From: Bacteroidales bacterium
Lineage (GTDB): Bacteria > Bacteroidota > Bacteroidia > Bacteroidales > Azobacteroidaceae
DNA: 64,000 nt
Direction: 5' to 3'
NCBI GenBank assembly: GCA_031556375.1
Contig: JAVBTA010000003.1
Coordinates: 103,319 to 167,318, forward strand
Shown piece after piece: positions 60,047 to 64,000 of the stretch. The notes beneath the pieces were generated by a model. It was not told the origin of the DNA and did not search any database. It was given only the letters and a program-made list of their open reading frames with translations. Numbering within the stretch: the first letter of the stretch is position 1; every line of letters starts with the position of its first letter. The position numbers were made by a program, and so were the translations under genes.

Positions 60047-61843
60047 CTACAGAGAGTTAACATATTCCACCAATGCTTCGATTTCCTTTTTGGAAACCTT
60101 CTTATCGATCCCATGTTTATGTACCGTAAAGACATCCTCCATGGTTGCAGCTCTTCCATCGAAAAGATAAGGAGCTGTACGCCAGGATTCTATCAACGTA
60201 GGGGTATCCCAACCAGTCTCAAATTCGATATCTTGTCCAATACGGTGCAGTTTCATATCTGTAAAATAAACTCCGGAATGACATTCACCACAACTGAGCT
60301 TATCAAATATCTTTTTCCCTTGTTCTGCTTTTTCAGATAATTTTCCATTAACAAGATACGGGCTTGGAACCGGACGAAGCGATCTCAGATAGTCATCTAC
60401 ACAAACGGCCTTTTCTTCCGGGATCTCGGCAAACTGAATCAGTGCAAATCCCTTTCTTACAGCCAGATCTGCAGATTCACGAATTCCGGAAATCATAGAA
60501 GGGGGAGTTACATGACTGTAAAGCATACTTTTACAGTTTTTCGGATTACCTATTCCATCGTTCATCAAATCCCAGTTCATCCCATCGGTTCTGGCATCCG
60601 GGTGACAACCGATACAGGATTGCCAACCCTGGAAACAGTATGCAGCATCATGGAAATATTTCTCTCCTTTATTTGCCGACGATTCAATCCGGTTTACGAC
60701 TAAAGGACGATTTTCCACCTTATTGTCAGCTAAATTGAGAATATTTAATGTATCTGAAAAATAAGTCGGGATATATACTTTATCATTTGAAACGACAAAG
60801 TTTCGCGGACCGTTTCCTATCAATGAGATACGTTGTTTTAGTCCGTATAAAAAGCGTAAATCATAATCCAGAGAAGATTTATCAGGATATGCGATAAATC
60901 TTTCAATCATCTTCGGATAATCGACAATGCTGATTTCATGGGTGCCGGAATGTGAAATAACAAGCTTATCCGGCGTACAGTGAATTCCCCAGATCCCGGC
61001 AGCGCCTCGTTCCGGATCATCCAACAGTATCGAGCCCAGATTTTCAAATTTTGCAGCATCTACTATTGTAATCGCACTGGTATTCATCCAGCCTTGTTGC
61101 AATTGGTTGGTAGGCACCTGGAAACGTCCCAGATTGTGAGTAATGAAAACGTACTTTCCATCGGGACTCAAACACATTCCTCGTAACGCATTACTTCCGT
61201 TTGCCAGTTGAATATCTTTTATTTTGGTGAAATTTTTCAGATCGATGACCGATACACAAGACGCGACTGTGTCAATATCCGCACGTTGTTCAGGTAAATA
61301 GTTCGAAACAAATAAATACCGGTTATCCTGGCTAAGTACCGCGCATGCGGGCTCTCGTAAGACTTTTACGGTATTAACAACCTCCGCTTTTGACAGATCG
61401 ATCTCACTGACAGTTGTCTGAAACTGATTCATGACATACAATGTCTTTCCATCGGAAGAAAGCACGGGAGAAGTAGCTCCGGAACCGGTTTCCAGAACTT
61501 TTTCCACAACTCCGCTTTCAAGATTCAGAAAATGTACCTCACCTATTGCTTCAAAAGTCGTAACATAAGCATATTCACCCGAAGTAACAACTCCGGTTGG
61601 CGCTTGAGGAAATGTCCAGGTCTTCACCGGTTTATCAAAATCGACGTTATATAATTCTAATGTTTTATTTCCTCTATTTGTTATCAGGAATTGATGGTTG
61701 TCTGTTTCTTTAATATCTGTGGGATAATGGGGATATGAAGCTTTATCAGCTTGATCACCAACTGAAGTAGAACTTAGAGATAAGGTTGTCAGACTTACCG
61801 CAACCAGCAGTATTAAATAAGGTATTAATGAATTTTTATACAT
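60047..61843 (-). CDS. Secreted YVTN-type beta-propeller protein with a C-terminal di-haem cytochrome c domain
   Basis: Signal/TM N-terminus. Repeated ~40-residue blades (DGKTLYVMNQ, DNRYLFVSNY, DGKYVFITHN). Two CxxCH motifs, SCIGCHPD and SCGECHSG, about 100 aa apart. Confidence 0.65.
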   Translation of the reverse strand: MYKNSLIPYLILLVAVSLTTLSLSSTSVGDQADKASYPHYPTDIKETDNHQFLITNRGNKTLELYNVDFDKPVKTWTFPQAPTGVVTSGEYAYVTTFEAIGEVHFLNLESGVVEKVLETGSGATSPVLSSDGKTLYVMNQFQTTVSEIDLSKAEVVNTVKVLREPACAVLSQDNRYLFVSNYLPEQRADIDTVASCVSVIDLKNFTKIKDIQLANGSNALRGMCLSPDGKYVFITHNLGRFQVPTNQLQQGWMNTSAITIVDAAKFENLGSILLDDPERGAAGIWGIHCTPDKLVISHSGTHEISIVDYPKMIERFIAYPDKSSLDYDLRFLYGLKQRISLIGNGPRNFVVSNDKVYIPTYFSDTLNILNLADNKVENRPLVVNRIESSANKGEKYFHDAAYCFQGWQSCIGCHPDARTDGMNWDLMNDGIGNPKNCKSMLYSHVTPPSMISGIRESADLAVRKGFALIQFAEIPEEKAVCVDDYLRSLRPVPSPYLVNGKLSEKAEQGKKIFDKLSCGECHSGVYFTDMKLHRIGQDIEFETGWDTPTLIESWRTAPYLFDGRAATMEDVFTVHKHGIDKKVSKKEIEALVEYVNSL

Positions 61844-61856
61844 CAGAATTTGTTTT

Positions 61857-62660
61857 TCATGTATTGCTATAACCTAACTCAAAAGAAATATTCTGAGTAA
61901 TATTCTGTATTTCATTCGCAAACATCAGGATTGTTTCTCCCGGCAACCGGTCTTTCGGACCAGAGATCCAGATAGATCCGCAAGGGGCATTACTATAATT
62001 GAATATAGGCACTCCTATGCATACAACTCCATTCAATTCTTCTTCCATATCGACAGCATAACCCAATTTGCGGACTTTATCCAATTCCAGCAGATATGCT
62101 TCTTCTGTTGAGATTGTATTTCGGTTGTATATCTGATAATTCATTTTTGATAAATAGTCCTTCCTGGATTCTTCCGGCATAAACGCCATCATGGCTTTTC
62201 CCGGAGCCGAACAATGCAAATCGAATGATTTTCCCGGAGAGAGGACAAAGCAAAACGGATGTGTTCCTAAAACCTGTTCGATAAAAAGACCCTTATCCGT
62301 ACCCATAACACCGAAACAAACTGTTTCTTTCACAATATCACGCAGTTCACGCATTTTAGGCAGTACAACCTCTAACAGGCTGTGTTCCTGTATAGATTGA
62401 AAGCCTAAGATAAGCATTTTTCTTGAGAGTTTATATTTTTTTGACGAATTATTGTAGAGTAAGTAACCTAATCTGACTAATGTATTAAGGATCCGGTAAG
62501 TTGTAGTCTGCGAAATATCGGCTTCATTTCTGATTTCCTGCAAAGTCATTCCCCTATTAGCATTGGCTAACAGTTCAAGTATTAATATTCCCTTTTCAAG
62601 ATTGGGGACTTTGTAAGAATCGTCTAATTCTTCAGGTGTGTTTTTCATATTTGAAATCAT
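61857..62660 (-). CDS. IclR-family transcriptional regulator
   Basis: N-terminal wHTH (GMTLQEIRNEADISQTTTYRILNTLVRLGYL) plus an IclR effector domain. Start chosen at an internal Met. It heads the same-strand array at its upstream end. Confidence 0.75.
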   Translation of the reverse strand: MISNMKNTPEELDDSYKVPNLEKGILILELLANANRGMTLQEIRNEADISQTTTYRILNTLVRLGYLLYNNSSKKYKLSRKMLILGFQSIQEHSLLEVVLPKMRELRDIVKETVCFGVMGTDKGLFIEQVLGTHPFCFVLSPGKSFDLHCSAPGKAMMAFMPEESRKDYLSKMNYQIYNRNTISTEEAYLLELDKVRKLGYAVDMEEELNGVVCIGVPIFNYSNAPCGSIWISGPKDRLPGETILMFANEIQNITQNISFELGYSNT

Positions 62661-62746
62661 TTTCCAGATTCGAAACAAAAATAAGCATTTCAAATGAATG
62701 TTTTAAATTCAATTAGTTAAATTTAGTTAAATATCAATCAACAAGC

Positions 62747-63079
62747 CTAAATATTGTCAATTGGATTCCAGAATATTTGCTTCCAGTTTTTAATCCGGTT
62801 GTTAGCAACCTCAATCCCCTCGTTTTCCAACAATTTTTGCATTTCCCCACCAGTACCAAATACTTCACTGGCGGTTAATATCCCCTGGCTATTCACAACA
62901 CGATGAGCCGGAATACCTGTTTCAACAGAATTACATTCACTCATAATCTTTCCGACTTTTCTGGACCAATTAGGATATCCCACAGCCTTAGCGATGGCTC
63001 CGTAGCTCGTTGCACGGCCATAAGGTATAAGTTTTACAATATCGTAAACCGCTTGACTGAGAGATTCCTTTCCTGCCAT
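62747..63079 (-). CDS. Alkyltransferase-like (ATL) protein: MGMT DNA-binding domain lacking the catalytic Cys
   Basis: The MGMT C-domain helix-turn-helix is present, but the active site reads IPAHRVV (PAHRV instead of PCHRV). 110 aa. Confidence 0.7.
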   Translation of the reverse strand: MAGKESLSQAVYDIVKLIPYGRATSYGAIAKAVGYPNWSRKVGKIMSECNSVETGIPAHRVVNSQGILTASEVFGTGGEMQKLLENEGIEVANNRIKNWKQIFWNPIDNI

Positions 63080-63117
63080 TGAGACTATTTTACAGATAAA
63101 TTACCATCAAATTAATC

Positions 63118-64000
63118 TTATTTTATTGAACTTAAGAAATGACGTAATCCCGGGCACTCATACATCCTGAAAGCTTTTGTTTGGTTATACCGGGAAAAAC
63201 GGGTTCCATATTCTAATGCCAATGTTTTATCTTTCTCGGCATTCAAAAACTCATAGCAATGCCTGTGAATATACGAAAGCATAACCAACACATAAGCACG
63301 TTGTTCATCGTTCACAGCATCTTTCAAAGCTTTCTCATAATAATTACGGGCAATACCGGCTGTCATATAATCGCGCATCCATTGAGGTAAACAATCTATC
63401 CTTGAATAGTACAAATCACCTGTATCCGAACCATAACGGATCATCATCCAGGCATTTCCCCAATACGAGGTGTTAAAATAAGCATTACCAAGTTTGATAT
63501 AACAATCTACAGCTTTGGATTTATCGGATGATGCCTGTTTTTCCAGATCAATCAATTCCTTTACAAAATCAGCTTTATTGAAATGATAATCGAATCGACG
63601 GTACTTATTTGCTCTGAGTCCTTTAGGAACAAACGGATCTTCATTCAAATAAGTAGAAAATGATAAATGATTAGAGTTCCAGTAATCCTGAGGCATAGAC
63701 GCGAAAGTTGTGTACGCCAGTTGCAGATCATTATTACGGAATGCCAGTGTTCCTTTCAGATCCTTATAAGCATTCACTGAACCAAGAGGCTGAGCACAAA
63801 GATACTCTTCAAAAGGAGACTTGTTTTTCTTTTCCAGGAGATCAATCATTATATCCATATCGGCAATAGTCGCATTTTTATCAAAATATTCAAGTGACGA
63901 ATACACATCTCCAGTACGATATTCCCTGATATACCAGTCATTTTCGCCTTCTGACCACCAATTTCCTATTGAATGTCGGTAAACATCTGATTTTAAGCGC
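63118..64000 (-). CDS. Hypothetical protein, 5' end beyond the window
   Basis: The ORF track begins with a GTG read as Met, but the reading frame stays open upstream to the window end (...RLKSDVYRHSIGNWWSEGENDWYIREYRTGDVYSSLEYF...). No motif recognised. Confidence 0.4.
   Translation of the reverse strand, partial: RLKSDVYRHSIGNWWSEGENDWYIREYRTGDVYSSLEYFDKNATIADMDIMIDLLEKKNKSPFEEYLCAQPLGSVNAYKDLKGTLAFRNNDLQLAYTTFASMPQDYWNSNHLSFSTYLNEDPFVPKGLRANKYRRFDYHFNKADFVKELIDLEKQASSDKSKAVDCYIKLGNAYFNTSYWGNAWMMIRYGSDTGDLYYSRIDCLPQWMRDYMTAGIARNYYEKALKDAVNDEQRAYVLVMLSYIHRHCYEFLNAEKDKTLALEYGTRFSRYNQTKAFRMYECPGLRHFLSSIK

Overview
This is an AT-rich chromosomal segment from a Bacteroidota, probably order Bacteroidales. 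Three things support that: Bacteroides-type TAnnTTTG -7 promoter boxes, T9SS type-A and type-B C-terminal sorting domains, and a BACON domain. The genes are packed on both strands, with about 50 protein genes and one tRNA. I saw no CRISPR array, IS element, integrase or rRNA.

The content falls into five blocks.

1. Housekeeping genes: a PPi-PFK (partial), prmA, aspS, pfkA, lgt, meso-DAP dehydrogenase, dnaB, pheT, yebC, rmuC and a flotillin/NfeD pair.

2. A secreted M16 peptidase pair, and a giant 1933-aa T9SS-secreted modular S1 serine protease. The protease carries three PKD repeats, two gingipain-type 'cleaved adhesin' domains, a BACON domain and an Ig-like domain.

3. A tightly packed 9-gene operon (21.1-29.8 kb) for the methylaspartate route of glutamate fermentation: glmS-glmL-glmE-mal, then three genes with no assigned role, then a two-subunit class-I fumarase-type hydratase that is the presumed mesaconase. 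The three unassigned genes are an AtuA/DUF1446-like protein, a DUF4387 protein and a P-loop protein. No citramalate lyase is visible in the window. I rate this trio as the most interesting candidate for an undescribed enzymatic function.

4. Two neighbouring, partly paralogous LysM proteins (38.2-41.2 kb), one of them fused to a PBP1 ligand-binding domain; a T9SS type-B protein, a lytic transglycosylase and an acyltransferase-3 gene lie just upstream.

5. A same-strand array (50.7-62.7 kb) with an IclR-family regulator at its upstream end. It mixes several unusual genes: an HzsA-like beta-propeller/di-haem protein ending in an FGE-sulfatase domain; a YVTN beta-propeller/di-haem cytochrome c; a DhaK/DhaL two-subunit kinase; an LsrF-type class-I aldolase/thiolase; a cupin lipoprotein; and a RidA-fusion protein. 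It lies next to a CcsBA cytochrome-c maturation gene.

Every functional call is from reading the translations and motifs by eye. I ran no database searches.
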